Part shown: piece after piece, positions 47,691-61,806 of the stretch
Layout of the letters: each line of letters opens with the position of its first letter
Position numbering within the stretch: position 1 is the stretch's first letter
Source: Glycera tridactyla
Lineage: Eukaryota
Direction: 5' to 3'
Assembly: GCA_965644265.1 (NCBI GenBank)
Contig: OZ286468.1
Coordinates: forward strand, 27,714,001-27,778,000
Length of the DNA stretch: 64,000 nt
Translations under genes and position numbers: made by a program
Notes under the pieces: generated by a model
Told to the model about the DNA's origin: nothing
The model's database searches: none
What the model saw: only the letters and a program-made list of their open reading frames with translations

Positions 47691-49729
47691 AATACCCTCC
47701 AGGCTATTTCATTTTCACTGACGAAAAATAGCATTTGCTTTGAGATGGCTTCCACTTCCTGTTTCTATCATCTACGTGATACCCATATAAAGGTCATTTG
47801 CCTAAAAAGGTCAACTTGGGCTGTGCCTGCGGATGGATTTTCCACTGAAAATGACGTCTCCGAAGATTGACTCACCAAGGAATCTCTATCATGGCTGATA
47901 TATTTTCAGTATCATGCCCTAAAACAAATATCCACCAATATGGAAGGCTATGCTCATCTCCCCAACCGAACAATGTCATCAGCAATGATATATCAATGGA
48001 ATATTGTCCTTTCAAAATCAATTCTTGAGAAAAGTTACTCCTTGCCAAGGAATGACTGTTAAAAGTGTCAGTCGATGACTCTGTATCATTTATTCATCAT
48101 TGGTTTTCTTATAATAGAAAAAAAACATGTTCCAGATTTTGATCAGACTTTTGTACCAGTCATCAAACAGATGGAATGGAACTTATTTCCACTAGTATAA
48201 AATGGATTCATTCCAATGAGTAGACAGCTTCAATAGACACAGCATCAGATTTAGTGAATACTCCACCAAAGTGTTCAATTACAAATTGCCAACTTAAAAC
48301 CAGCTTTACAATCATGGCTTACCCTATGCTCGCAGTACAATGCCATCACACATCCTAGTAACCTAGTAGCAGCCCTAGTGACCCAGAACTGGTACCCGTT
48401 TTTTGTATAGTGACAATATCTGCTACAGGCAAACCATCAGCTACCTACACTTGATATCATTTCTGAGAAGAATTAAGAAAAATCTTAGAGAGATAGGAAA
48501 GGTGTAAGAAAAAAAAATATGGTGTAATTTTTGTAGAATATGCCTAAAGACAGATGACAGAAAATCTCAAGGTATGTTTTCATTCAACCCCCATACCAAA
48601 AACTATTGAGAAGAAGGGAAGGGATGATGCTACATCTAGACCACATCCGTCCCAATGGCAACACTTCAAAGAAAATGACCCTCGCCGATTGGTGGCTGCC
48701 ATCTATAGAGATCCTGGACTCCCACCCTACCAATGGGCCATAATACAATATGAGGCCCACAAACAATCTGAAGCTGTGTGTAAGCTAACCAGAATCATGA
48801 TGACCAACAGATGAGCAATACAATGTATCACAGAAAGCACCATGAATTGACAATCTTTCTTGCCCACTTCATCATGAATACACAAGACAATCAGTTTGTG
48901 GCACAATCTTTTAATCAGATTGCTCAAATCATTTTACATACATGTGGTGTTTGGCCCACTGTAATCGATGAAATACACCGAATGTTTGTCCTTACCATAA
49001 ACACACAGTTTAGATACAGCTCTGTTTGTTGACTTTGGGTACAACAGTAATGTTGCTTATAATGGAGAAGATGAAGAACTGAAAATACTGTTCTGTCAAA
49101 GCACCCCCACACAGTCTTCCATTTTTCCCCCATAAATATTGCATATACCATACATTGCCAAATACGTGCGCAGTACGCCAACACATAGTCGAGCAGATTT
49201 GATCAACCATCATGAGCCCAATGACATGAGCTGATCAACCATGGAGATAAAAGGACGTGCTACTCTATTCATCATGAAGCAGTGAACTGCCAAAGAGGCT
49301 AGTGCTATTCTTGAATGGACACAAAAGTAGAGTCAAAATTGCTTTTTGAGATGTCAGCCTTCTCCAACTTTGAGGTATGTTTTCATGGTCATCAAACATT
49401 CATGGATCGAACACTGTATATCACTGAAAACATGAAAATAGCCAGGCTCCGCATACATCATTGACCTACACTAGATGATTGAATTATTTATGATGGCATG
49501 TATCAACCACAAAAATGATGTAAGCAGGGTTGCATCCAGGATTTCCTGAACTGGGGGCATGTGCCCCATAAAATTTGAGAACAAGGCCACAGAGGGGCAA
49601 TATACCCCGCACACGGGAGCATAGTGGGTAACCCATATCGCACACTGGAGCACAGTGGGTAACCCATATCGGAAAAGGTCATTGAGATGTTTGGTTGGCT
49701 ATTTAATAAGTCACTGGATCACTGTGTAG

Positions 49730-51329
49730 AATAAGAAAATCTAATACATATGTAGTAGCACCTAAAACATTCACCTTGACCTATGACTTAGGGTCACATG
49801 CATTGTAAGGGAGATGTTGTAACATTGCTTGATCACCCCAGATCAGTTTGATCTTCATCCAACAATGCTAGCCTGAGTTATTGTGTGGGATGCGGAAATT
49901 TAAAAATAGCTCCTATGGCCTTGACCTCTGACGCAGGGTCACATGCATCAAATGGGAGATATCTCACCATTGGGTCGTTACGTTGTGAAACTTCGGTGCA
50001 TATCGATCAATGCAAGCTTGAGCTGGAGTGTGAAATGAGAAAATTTATGAACAGTTCCTGTGACCTTGACCTTTGACCTAGGATCAAATGCATCGTGAAG
50101 GAGGTGGCCTACCATTAGGTCATTACTTTGTGTAAGAATGGTGCATATCCATCGGAGCTCTCTTGAGTTAGAGTGCAAATGGGAGAATATATAAATAGCT
50201 CCTGTGACCTTGACCTTTGACCTGGGGTCACATGCATCGAAAGGGAGGTGGCCTGCCATAGGTCATTACTTTGTGAAAGTTTGGTGCATATCCATCAAAG
50301 CTCGCTTGAGTTAGAGAGTAAAATGGGGAAATCTATAAATAGCTCCTGTGACCTTGACCTTTGACCTGGGGTCACATGCATCGAAAGGGAGGTAGCCTAC
50401 CATGAGGTCATTACTTTGTGTAAGTTTGGTGCATATCCATCAAAGCTCGCTTGAGTTAGAGTGTAAAATGGGAACAACTATAAATAGCTCCTGTGACCTT
50501 GACCTTTGACCTGGGGTCACATGCATCGAAAGGGAGGTGGCCTACCATCAGGTCATTACTTTGTGTGAGTTTGGTGCATATCCATCGAAGCTCGCTTGAG
50601 TTAGAGTGTAAAATAAGAAAATTTATGAATAGCTCCTGTGACCTTGACCTTTGACCTGGGGGTCACATGCATCGTGAAGGAGGTGGCCTACCATTAGGTC
50701 ATTACTTTGTGTAAGTTTGGTGCATATCCATCAAAGCTCGCTTGAGTTAGAGTGTAAAATGGGGAAATCTATAAATAGCTCCTGTGACCTTGACCTTCGA
50801 CCTGGGGGCACATGCATCGAAAGGGAGGTGGCCTACCATCAGGTCATTACTTTGTGTAAGTTTGGTGCATATCCATTGAAGCTCGCTTGAGTTAGAGTGT
50901 AAAATGGGAAAATCTATAAATAGCTCCTGTGACCTTGACCTTTGACCTAGGGTCACACGCATCGAAAGGGAGGTGGCCCAACATTGGGTCATTACTTTGT
51001 GTAAGTTTGGTGCATATCCATTTAGGTTAACTTGAGTTAGAGTGTAAAATACGAAAATCTATAAATAGCTCCTGTGACCTTGACCTTTGACCTTTGGGTA
51101 CGAAAATCAAATTCTCGAATATGATTTTTTCATAGATCACAGTTATGAAGTTTTATGAAAATTGGACCAGCCAATTCAAAGTTATTGCATGAAATGTGAG
51201 CGGACGGACGGACGGACGGACGTACATACGTACGTACGTACGTACGTACGTACGTACGTACGTACGTACGTACGGACGCCGGAGGTGAAACTATAATACA
51301 CCGCTTTTTTCAAAAGCGGGGTATAAAAA
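49730..51329 (+). mobile_element. HINE-type element with an about 145-bp tandem array (about 9 copies)
   Basis: Units at 50193, 50337, 50482, 50627, 50773, 50918 and 51063. (GACG)n(TACG)n microsatellite. Terminal hairpin ccgctttttcaaaagcgg followed by gtataaaaa. Confidence 0.65.
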
Positions 51330-51564
51330 GGGGCATTTCTCCACAAAATCTGGCAAAATTGGTGCATTCAATATGGAGTGAGTGCAGCCCTCTTGCTGAT
51401 TCAGGGGGCATTGTGGCCATTAATTGCATTGAAAAAGGGGCCTACATTCAACAAAGTGTATGAAATGCCCTAGTGCTCCACTCGGGATGCAACCCTGTGT
51501 GAGATGTGTTCCTTATCAACGACATCTGAATATTCTGTCTCCTGGTTGGCTACATAGTGCCGGC

Positions 51565-51742
51565 CGTGTATTTAGGAGCCTATTCCTTTACGCACGTTAA
51601 AGATCCACTGCTGTCTTTCGCAAAGAGTAGGGACGGCCCCCGGCAGGCAGTGACTCTTTTCTTCAGCATTTTCAGGTTTTTCAGTCCGATATAACCCAAG
51701 CGGGTTTAAGTGACATTAAACTCAAACAAACAAACAAACAAA
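51565..51742 (+). repeat. SINE-like family R3 copy
   Basis: Matches 5623-5794 including the (AAAC)n tail. Confidence 0.7.
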
Positions 51743-51867
51743 CTCCCAAAAAATGACTATTCTCAATCACCAATTCAATACACTGAAAGACCAGTTTCAA
51801 CAATTTCATCATTCTGGTGTCCGTACGAGCATATTTTGCGAAACTCACTCATCATATCTCCTACAGA

Positions 51868-52400
51868 TCACCCTTTAAGGTTGACACGGATAAAAAGACA
51901 GTCATTTTTGAGATATGGAGAGAGTGGATTTTTTAGGTCTGTATGAGGTAGATAACAATCTTGTCCATATCCAACACTGCACTTTGTGATAGGCTTTTGC
52001 CATATATCTTCACACTCACTCGCTCTCAGTTCCACAGATTTATGATGCTGACCTTCCACCAAATCAAGTGTTTCAAGTTTTACATTGTGACGAAAAAGCC
52101 AGCGCAAATTTCCATTATACTGACCTTTACAGATTATAAAGTAGAGTGACAAGTGAGTGCCCTTCCCTTCTTGATTTCCATTTGGATAGAGCTGGAGCTC
52201 CATCTTGTATCCTTTAATATGACTGAAGAAGGCTGGACTGAAAATTTTTCCATCAGGTTTGGTAGCTGCCAGTAGTTTTGACACTTGAGTTACTCGCCAT
52301 ATAAAGATGCCACTCCTCAGTGTTAGGTCCTCAATGAGTGATACTCTCTGCTGCCACTGTGGTGATAACTCACAGGTTTTCTTCAGTCTTGTGTCCAACT
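51868..52400 (-). CDS. TRAF-like MATH terminal exon, copy 3 (intact)
   Basis: Acceptor ctttcttgtAG|ag (phase 1). FSPAFFSHIKGYKMELQLYPNGNQEGKGTHLSLY, YLKNDCLFIRV*. Confidence 0.9.
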
Positions 52401-52719
52401 CTACAAGAAAGTAGACAGCATGATAGTGATCATTCAAAACTAGCATCAATGAGGTGAAAATCGAATAAATCACATTTTTGGCAGTATATTTCCAATATCA
52501 GCTCTAATGGCTGAGTATGATACCCAAGTCACATTTATTTGCCTGGTTGGTGTTTAATTGCTGTATAAATCAAGATGATTATGTATGCCATGTGAAACTT
52601 CAGATGGCATTCCTAACTAAAGTACTGTCTGGAAACCAATGATTCTGGAAAAGCGAAGGATATAAAAGAAAATGCATTAATCCATAAAAATGGCAAGCTG
52701 TCACAACCCGTGGGTTATG

Positions 52720-53478
52720 TTTGCCGTGTGTTCCTGGTTAATGAAAGCTAGATGTTCTCTCCCCTGCAGGAATCACTCTCACAAACCCTGAACACAAGTT
52801 GATGGATAACCTGAAAGGTTGTCAAGTGGAAGTAGCTGACAGTTCAGACAAAGCTCTACCTAATCTGAACACACATAATAAACCTTTGATGGCATATCTA
52901 ACTATGTAGCAGGCTGGAAGCTAACACCCCAGCCTGATAGCAATGCTTTTTTTTCCGGTAAAGCGCAGTACTTGACACAAGGAAAAGCGATAGGTTTGGG
53001 GAATACTCAACCAAAGTGTTCAATTACAAACTGCCAACTTCAAACGAGCTTTACAATCATGGCTTGCCCTATGCTCACAGTACAATGCCATCACACTTCC
53101 TAGTAACCTAGTCGCAGCCCTAGTAACCCAGAACTGGTGTGCCTGGTACCCGCTTTTTGCATAGTGACAATATCTGCAACAGGCAAACCGTTAGCTACCT
53201 ACACGGGAGACCATTTCGCTGAAGAAATAAGAAGGAAAGAAAAGAGGTGAAGAGAACCATGGTGATAGTGTAATTTTGGTAGAAATTGCCTAGAGACAGA
53301 TGACAGAAAATCTGAAGGTAAGTTTTCATTCAACCCCCCACACCAAGAAATATTGAGAAAAAGAGAAGGGATGATGCTACATCTAGGCCACATCATCCCC
53401 GATGGCAACACTTCAAAGAAAAAGACCCGCACCCATTGGTGGCTGCCTTCTATAGAGACCCTGGACTCCCACCCTACC
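52720..53478 (-). mobile_element. R2 copy (tail missing)
   Basis: Aligns with R2 and ends ggactcccaccctaccc. Confidence 0.7.
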
Positions 53479-54934
53479 CACTCATTTGCAGTGAGGTGAC
53501 TTTTACTTCCTGTTTCTATCACTACCATAGAAATCTGTTTGACCATGGGATATAACCCCACATGCTTTTCTGCTGTCAATATGATAATATCTGACCTGCT
53601 CAAGAGAACACATACCTACAAAGGCCACCTTTCAACAAAGGTGAACTTGAGCGGGAGGATTTTCAAAAGTGAATGACCTCATCAGGGTCACTTCTTGTTC
53701 CAACCATGGGTGGTCTTTGTAGACAGGTTCAACTGTGTACAGTGAAACCTGTTTTGGGAGACCCCTCTTTTGGGAGATCACCCTCTAATGGGAGACTGCT
53801 CTTTATCTGCAATCTCTATTTGACATTCTCAAATATACATCTAATGAGAGACCACCTGTCTTGAGAGACCAATTTTTGTTGGCATTTTGGGCGGTCTCCC
53901 AAGACAGTATTTACTGTATTCAGATTAAAGTCATCCTCATAATCATATATGTCTATTGAGGTGCAGAAATTCCATTGTTCACTTCATATGATTCAGCAAC
54001 TGCCAATTCAAAATAAGCTATTATATAACTAGAATTTTAGTGAGGCACCTCCTCACTCAATATGTCTCCCCCAGACTTTGTAATTATTCACTACCCGCAT
54101 ACATGCCTGGGTCCACCTGCTTGCTTGTTCATCTTCAAGTGAGCATGCGCATTGAAAAGCTAGACATTATTGGTTGACAACTGTCCTTTGAGTGACCAAT
54201 GATGTAGTATACCTAGTCATGAGTATGAAAATGTGTCCTGGGGTATGAGGTGTACTGGGGTACGGGGGGGGGGGGGTCTCTTTGTGTAGGATTTGTCCTC
54301 GAGAATATGCCTAGGCATCAAAGAAGTTCAGTTGAATTTGGGTCAGGGGTTTAAGTGGAATCTTGCTGACAAGGGAAGCTCTTGATCAGGTCTTGCTCAG
54401 TGACCCAGGAAACTAGAACAATTCACCAAGTGAGATTTGTCCATATTCTAAAATTCTGAAAATAGCTCCTGTGACCTTGACCTTTGACCTTTTGGCACCA
54501 TACCAGTGTATCACCACTAGCCTGTAGATGCACACTGAGATGGCAACCCCAAAATCTTGCCATAGCCTGGGAATGTCTGTACACCCAAGTTTGTCAAAGC
54601 CACCCCTGTAATTTATGAAGTGATTGTCCAGAAACTCTTTTGACCTTTTTTCCATTAAGTGACCTTGAAATTGAAGATGGCCACTGAAAATCCGATGGGT
54701 GTATTGCCATATTCTATGAGAGGCTGTACACCAAGTTTGAGAAGGCTACCCCCGAAACTCATGAAGTTATTGTCCGGAAACCATTTTGCACTCAGTGACC
54801 TTGAAATTCGAGATGTAAATCCATAGTCTAGGAAAGGGGGGGGGGGGGGGGGGGTAGCCATAACTCTCAAATTGCTAACAGCAATTGGATACCAATATCA
54901 CAAGTATGGTAGCCATGGGGTATTCACACATAGC

Positions 54935-55083
54935 NNNNNNNNNNNNNNNNNNNNNNNNNNNNNNNNNNNNNNNNNNNNNNNNNNNNNNNNNNNNNNNNNN
55001 NNNNNNNNNNNNNNNNNNNNNNNNNNNNNNNNNNNNNNNNNNNNNNNNNNNNNNNNNNNNNNNNNNNNNNNNNNNNNNNNNNN
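54935..55083. other. Assembly gap (N run)
   Basis: 149 N, next to satellite-bearing elements. Confidence 0.99.
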
Positions 55084-55242
55084 TGGGGCTTTTGTTTGAG
55101 GAGAGAGGGGAGATGAAATCAACGAGAAGTCATTGAAGCATGACCAAGGAGCATTGTATGACCGGAAGAATCTTACATAACCATTAATGGAGAGGCAACA
55201 GAAGTAGTTCATTTCGGGAAGGTCACAATAGAGACTGAATTT

Positions 55243-56472
55243 AACTAGAACTGTAATCCAGAGGATATACTAATGCCCCCCCCCCGCCATCTTATTCAAG
55301 GTCATATCTCCAAGGTCACAGGGACAGAATGACATGCTCATGTACACCTACCGCTCTTGGGTAATCCACATACCAAAAATGGAAGCTCTCGCATCAATAG
55401 CTTGGATACAATGAGTGACACAAGATTTCATGGCAATTTCCAAGGTCAAGGTCATTGGCCCGAGGTCAAAGTTCATAGGGGCAAAATAACATGCCCATGT
55501 ACACCTACCCCTAATGGGTAACTGACATACCAAAAATGGAAACTCTCCCATCAATAGCATGGACACACCAGGTGCCGCAGAATTCCATAACAATTTCCAA
55601 GGTCAAGGTCACTGGCCCGAGGTCAAAGGTTGTAGGGCCAAATTCACATGCCCATGCACACCTACCCCTCTTGGGTAATCCACATAAGAAAAATGGAAGC
55701 TCTCGCATCAATAGCTTGGACACAATGAGTGCCACAAGATTTCATGACAATTTCCAAGGTCAAGGTCACTGGCCCAAGGTCAAAGGTCGTAGGGGCGACA
55801 TAACATGCCCATGCACACCTACCCCTCATGGGTAATTCACACAGCAAAAATGGAAACTCTCACATCAATAGCTTGGACACACTAGGTGCCACAAGATTTC
55901 ATGACAATTTCCAAGGTCAAGGTCACTGGCCCAAGGTCAAAGGTCGTAGGGGCGACATAACATGCCCATGCACATCTACCCCTTATGGGTAATTCACATA
56001 GCAAAAATGGAAACTCTCGCATCAATAGCTTGGACACACTAGGTGCCACAAGATTTCATGACCATCTCCAAGGTCAAGGTCATTGGCCCAAGGTCAAAGG
56101 TCGTAGGGGCAACATAACATGCCCATGCACACCTACCCCTCATGGGTAATTCACATAGGAAAAATGGAAACTCTCGCATCAATAGCTTGCACACACTAGG
56201 TGCCACAAGATTTCATGACAATTTCCAAGGTCAAGGTCACTGGCCCAAGGTCAAAAGTCGTAGGGGCAACATAACATGCCCATGCACATCTACCCCTCAT
56301 GGGTAATCCAAATACCAAAAATGGAAACTCTCGCATCAATAGCTTGGACACACCAGGTGCCACAAAAAATTGTTAACAGACGGACGGACGGACAGACAGA
56401 CAGACGGACAGACAGACAGACGGACAGAGTGAATCCAGTATGCCCCCCCTACCTTCGGTTTGGGGGCATAAT
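55243..56472 (+). mobile_element. HINE-type element with a 157-bp tandem array (about 7 copies)
   Basis: Starts AACTAGAA. Units at 55441, 55598, 55755, 55912, 56069 and 56226. (GACG/GACA)n, then hairpin atgcccccc...ggggggcat+aa. Confidence 0.65.
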
Positions 56473-57539
56473 TAAGGTTGGTACCTCTCTGGTGAAATTT
56501 TGGTGAAATTTAGGCCTCTGGTGATCTTGAAAATTATGTCACATGGACCAAAATCTAATCAGTTCATTGGACTATCCAAAGGGATATGCCCTCCAAATTT
56601 CGCCCAATTCGGATGAGTAGTTTTGCTGCAATCATGCTCACAAGGTTTTGTGACAGACAGACGGACGGACGGACAGACGGACAGACGGACAATACGAATT
56701 CTATATGTCTCCCACATCAGGGGGGAGACATAATTCGCTGATTTAGTGAGAAATCATTATCATGGCTAAAGTATCTTCAGCCTTGTGTCTCAAAACAAAA
56801 CGAAAATCAACCAGTATGGAAGGCTATGCTTATCTCCTCACGCAAACAATTTTACCTAACCAATTGAATATTGTCCCGTCAAACACTTCTCAGGAAGTCG
56901 CATCACTCACTCACAATTCATTCTTCAGGAATAAGATCACACTGTTGGCTTGTTCGGAATGAGGTCCGCAATGTGCTTCAATGACAGACATGCCGATTGA
57001 CTGCTTGTTGTTGGTTGGTCGTACATTCTGTGAGCACCATCTAGGGTATATACTGAGATTTCCTTGCAGTAGGCATAGGTGAGATCATTCAAGACTCATC
57101 CTCGCGGGTGTTTCAAAGGTGAGAATATATCAAATTCACAGATACCCAACCAGTTAGCCGAGATCTGGCAGTTCTAAAATTCATATTTTCTGACTGAGTG
57201 GTGCGCCCCTGGGGCAAAATAATAAGTATCATGGGCCATTATGCAAAATGATAGGCCATCTCCTATTTAGCAATATGGACTGAAATGCTGCACCAGCCGT
57301 GCAAAAAGGCAAACATGAATGCCAAGGGCCCTGGGCCCAACAACAACCTGCTAATCAGAATCAGGATGATGGACAGCTTGACAAAACAATGCTTTTTGCT
57401 GCACTTTAATGATTCTGAAACATTAGCTTCCTTGGTCAATGGAAATTATCTTATCTAATGCATCATAAACAAGGCATAAATGCACAAAAGGCTCGCATGC
57501 ACGCCGCTTGTCAAAAGGGGACACATCAGCCTCCACCCA

Positions 57540-58200
57540 CACCCCAAAACCAACCAGGCCTATTGGGAGACCCCATCTATGGCTGGCATTCATCAGGGAA
57601 TGCTATGAATTGCATCCACGCCAAGTTTGGTGTGGCTATGAACAGCCACCATCTTTAGAAGAACCCATTTCTGAAAAACCAGTTTTCACCCCAAAACCGA
57701 CCAGGCCTTCTGAGAGACCCAATCTATGGCTGGCATTCACTAGGAAATGCTATGATTTGATCCATGCCAAGTTTGGTGTGGCTATGAACAGCCACCATCT
57801 TTAGAAGAACCCATTTCTGAAAAATCAATTTGCACCCCAAAACCGACCAGACCTTCTGGGAGACCCCATCTATGGCTGGCATTCACTAGGGAATGCTATG
57901 ATTTGCACCCACGCCAAGTTTGGTGTGGCTATGAACAGCCACCATCTTTAGAAAAATCCATTTCTGGAAAACCAATTTTCACCCAAAAAACCAACCAGGC
58001 CTTTTGGGAGACCCCATCTATGCCTGGCATTCATTAGGGAATGCTATGAATTGCATCCACGCCAAGTTTGGTATGGCTATGAACAGCCACCATCTTTAGG
58101 AAAATCCATTTCTGGAAAACCAATTTTCACCCCAAAACCAACCAGGCCTTTTGGGAGACCCCATCTATGGCTGGCATTCATCAGGAAATGCAATAAACTG
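57540..58200 (+). repeat. Tandem array, about 147-bp unit, about 4.7 copies
   Basis: caccccaaaacc-like unit starts near 57540, 57687, 57833, 57979 and 58127. Confidence 0.8.
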
Positions 58201-58429
58201 CATACTTGTTGAGTTTGGTGTGTCCCGATACCAAAAAATCACTGAAATTGTCAGTCCAGTCATTCAAAAAAGTGAGGTTTTATCCCAAATCTACGATACA
58301 TCACACGACTGGCATGCATACTGCTGTGGTGATGGTTGGATGCCCCCCCCCCCCAGAATACACTGGAGCATGTGTACATCAAATCTGGTGGAGGTAGGGG
58401 CTATGGTTGGAGAGTGACCTGACCTGAAG

Positions 58430-59077
58430 AAAAACTAAGACGTAAAGTCCAATTTCCCACAAATGAGCAGTTTCACCCCAAAATCACTACCCTGAACTGA
58501 CATACTGCTGCTGTGAAGGGTAAACATCCCCTGTAACACAATGGAGCATGTGTGCATGAAAACTGGTGATGGTAGGGGCCATGAATGTGGAGTCACCTGA
58601 CTCCAACAAAAACTTTGACGTGAAGTCCATATCCTCAAAAATATGCATTCTTCACCCAAAAATATGATACAAAACTGAGATGATGCTGAATGGATGGATG
58701 GATGGCCACCTTTGCCAATACTCAGGAGTATGTGTGTATGAAATCTGCTGGTGGTAGGGGCCATCGTGGCTGAGTTACAGACTTCGATGAAAAACTTTGA
58801 CGTAAAACTTTGACGCAAAACTTCGACGTAGTGCTCTCTTTATATCATTCCTGATGTATTATAGCCCATGTGCACAAGATCTGATGATGGTAGTAGGGTT
58901 AAAGAAAAACTTGGACATGAAATCTTGCAGAAAAAAAAACTTTGACGTAAAACTTTGACGTAAAACTTTGACGTAAAACATTGTAGGAGTGCGGAAGCGG
59001 ATGCCGATGCCGACGCCAATGCCAAAGCCGATGCGAGGACAAAACCTCTCTTCATCTTCGTTGAGGCGAGGTAAAAA
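58430..59077 (+). mobile_element. HINE-type element
   Basis: (TTTGACGTAAAAC)n and (GATGCC)n repeats, terminal hairpin cctctc...gcgagg followed by taaaaa. Confidence 0.45.
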
Positions 59078-59379
59078 TGTCAAGTTCGAAGTCATATTTC
59101 CAAGGTCAAAGGTTGCAAGGGTAAAAATCAATGCCTATCACATCTACGCCTGATCGGAAGTCCACAGGTACAGATTAGCCACTGTGGCATTAATATCTTG
59201 GCCACAGCAGCACACACAAACATTTCAAGTTGAAGGTCATATCTCCAAGGTCATAGATTATGGGAGTGAAAGTTCATGCCTGTGGACACCTCCACCATAT
59301 GGGCATTCCACAAATCGAATTTGGCTAGTGTAGCATCAATACTTTAGCCACAGCTGCATGCACAGAAATTTGTAGAGGG

Positions 59380-59380
<1 letters not shown>

Positions 59381-59430
<50 letters not shown>
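59381..59430. repeat. (CA)n microsatellite
   Basis: Read directly. Confidence 0.95.
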
Positions 59431-59433
<3 letters not shown>

Positions 59434-59559
59434 CCACTCACCCCCCCCCCCCCACAAACACAAATACATACACACATTTGAGGAGATGATTGGAGTGCAA
59501 ACTTGTGTTTGACCTTGGAGTTGATGAAATAGACTACATGCCATTATCAATGACTCCAG

Positions 59560-60093
59560 AATAGGTGTCGATTACGGAAAGGTGTTACATAACACAGTTA
59601 GAGAAACAAGAGAGACATTGTCAGTTTCCGAAGAATCCCAAATTTGATTACTCCAGAATAGATGTTGATTACGGAGAGGTCTTCCCCAACACAGGCAAAG
59701 AAACAAAAGAAGCATGGTCAGTTTCCATGTGGTCTTATGCAATGCAGACAGAGTGAATGGGTTCAGCTGTCTCAAAAAATTCCAAACTCACAAATAAAAA
59801 AGTCTTCTTTTCCCTCAGAATTTCCCAACTATAGGAGATGGATTATGAACAAAAATGCACCCTTGTTGTTGTTCAACTACTGATGCATATGTATACCAAA
59901 TTTGAAGAATGTAGGTGCAATATTAACTGAGTGAGGCTTCAGAGAAAAACTTGTACGCAAAACTTTAACCAAAAAGTTTACGTGATACGAAGTGATAGCC
60001 GGACAGACGGACAGACGGACAGACGAAACCAAACAGACAGACCACCTGCATCATTAGATAGACTCGCATTTTGCTTCGCATGCGAGCCAAAAA
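59560..60093 (+). mobile_element. HINE-type element 3' part
   Basis: (GACAGACG)n, then hairpin ctcgcat...atgcgag followed by ccaaaaa. Confidence 0.45.
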
Positions 60094-60292
60094 CACTGAA
60101 TGACCATAATCATTTCTTCTACTCCATCTTGAATACATGGAACAATAAGCAGCTTGCGGCAAAATCGATCAATCAAATTTATCAAAATATTTCACATACA
60201 TGTGGTGTTTGGCACACTGACCTCAGAGATATACCAATATTCATTTTTCATGTGACAACAATAATTCCAGTCTAAATACAGCCCACCGATTG

Positions 60293-61075
60293 TGTTTGTT
60301 TGTTTGAGGTTTAACGGCATGTATCAACCCAAAGGATTATGTATGCCATGTGTTCCTGGTCAATGAAACCCGGATGTTCTCCCGTGCAGACATCACTCTC
60401 ACAAACCCTAATCACAAGATGATGGGGAACTTGAAAGGTTGTCAAGTGGAAGTAGCTAAGAGTTCAGACACACTCCTTCCTTCTCTTCATGAACAAAGTG
60501 AATCTAATGATGGAATGTCTAACTATGTAACTGGCTGGAAGCTAACACTCAAGCCTGATAGCAATGCTTTTTTTTTGCAAAGCGCAGCACTTGACACGGA
60601 AAAGCATTAGATTCGGAGAATACTCAACCAATGTGTTCGATTACGAACTGTCAACTTCAAGCCAGCTTTACAATCATGGTATGCCCTATGCTCGCAGTAC
60701 AATGCCATCACACAACCTAGTAACCTAGTTGCAGCCCTAGTAACCCAGAACTGGTGTGTCTGGTACCCACGTTTTGCATAGTGACAATATCTGCTACAGG
60801 CAAACCGTCAGCCACCTACACCTGAGACCATTTCACTGAAGAGATAAGAAAGAGCTTAGAGGGATAGGAAAGAGGTTAAGAAAAAGAAATCTAGTGATAG
60901 TGCAATTTTGGTAGAAAATACCTAAAGATAGTTCATAGAGAATTTTGAAGGTATGTTTTCATTCAACCCCTCGCTCCAAAAGATATTGAGAAGAAGAGAA
61001 GGGATGATGCTACACATAGGCAACATCATCCCCAATGGCAACACTTCAAAGTAAAAGTCCCACGCCTCGCAAGAT
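60293..61075 (-). mobile_element. R2 copy
   Basis: (TTTG)n head on plus and the R2 body. Confidence 0.7.
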
Positions 61076-61368
61076 TGTTCCTCCCAAAAACATTGAATAT
61101 ATAAACAAACTTTCATGAGGCCAGAAAAAGAAATCTAGTGATAGTGCAATTTTGGTAGAAAATACCTAAAGATAGTTCATAGAGAATTTTGAAGGTATGT
61201 TTTCATTCAACCCCTCGCTCCAAAAGATATTGAGAAGAAGAGAAGGGATGATGCTACACATAGGCAACATCATCCCCAATGGCAACACTTCAAAGTAAAA
61301 GTCCCACGCCTCGCAAGATTGTTCCTCCCAAAAACATTGAATATATAAACAAACTTTCATGAGGCCAG
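60879..61368 (+). repeat. Perfect-looking 244-bp tandem duplication
   Basis: 60879-61122 is repeated from 61123 with an AG microhomology. Confidence 0.85.
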
Positions 61369-61806
61369 GTAACCCCAACTTCACCGATAAAACAATGGCA
61401 ATCTGAATCAGGAATGTTTCATAGAATCCAGTTTCAATCAACATGCCAGAGATACAATTCTGTGCCTGCGGCTAGTTCTTGGCACCATAATTGCTTTTGA
61501 AGATGTCAGCCTTCTGTTCAGTCAGGATATGCATAAATGTCCAGCTTTGACATGTTCTAATGTTGACCATCCAATCATGGACTGGACACTTCTATATTAC
61601 TGGGAGCTTGAAAATAGCCTGTGCAGATGTGAATTAGCTTTTTCGACATTTTCCTTGAATCATTGGTTGGTTAGATTTTGATATCATGTATCAGCCATGT
61701 ATAATTCCAATACGTGACTAGGTCCAATCGTCAAGTACCTGATCCCTCAATACAATAAATGGAAAGACCATGATTTGCAAAACTCATATAATGTATCTGA
61801 TTCAGA

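Noticed and set aside
53199-53603. Recurring ORFs such as WESRVSIDGSHQW...EVLPSGMMWPRCSIIPSL in many places
   Set aside because: Translations of R2 copies; frames and stops differ between copies and there is no domain signature.
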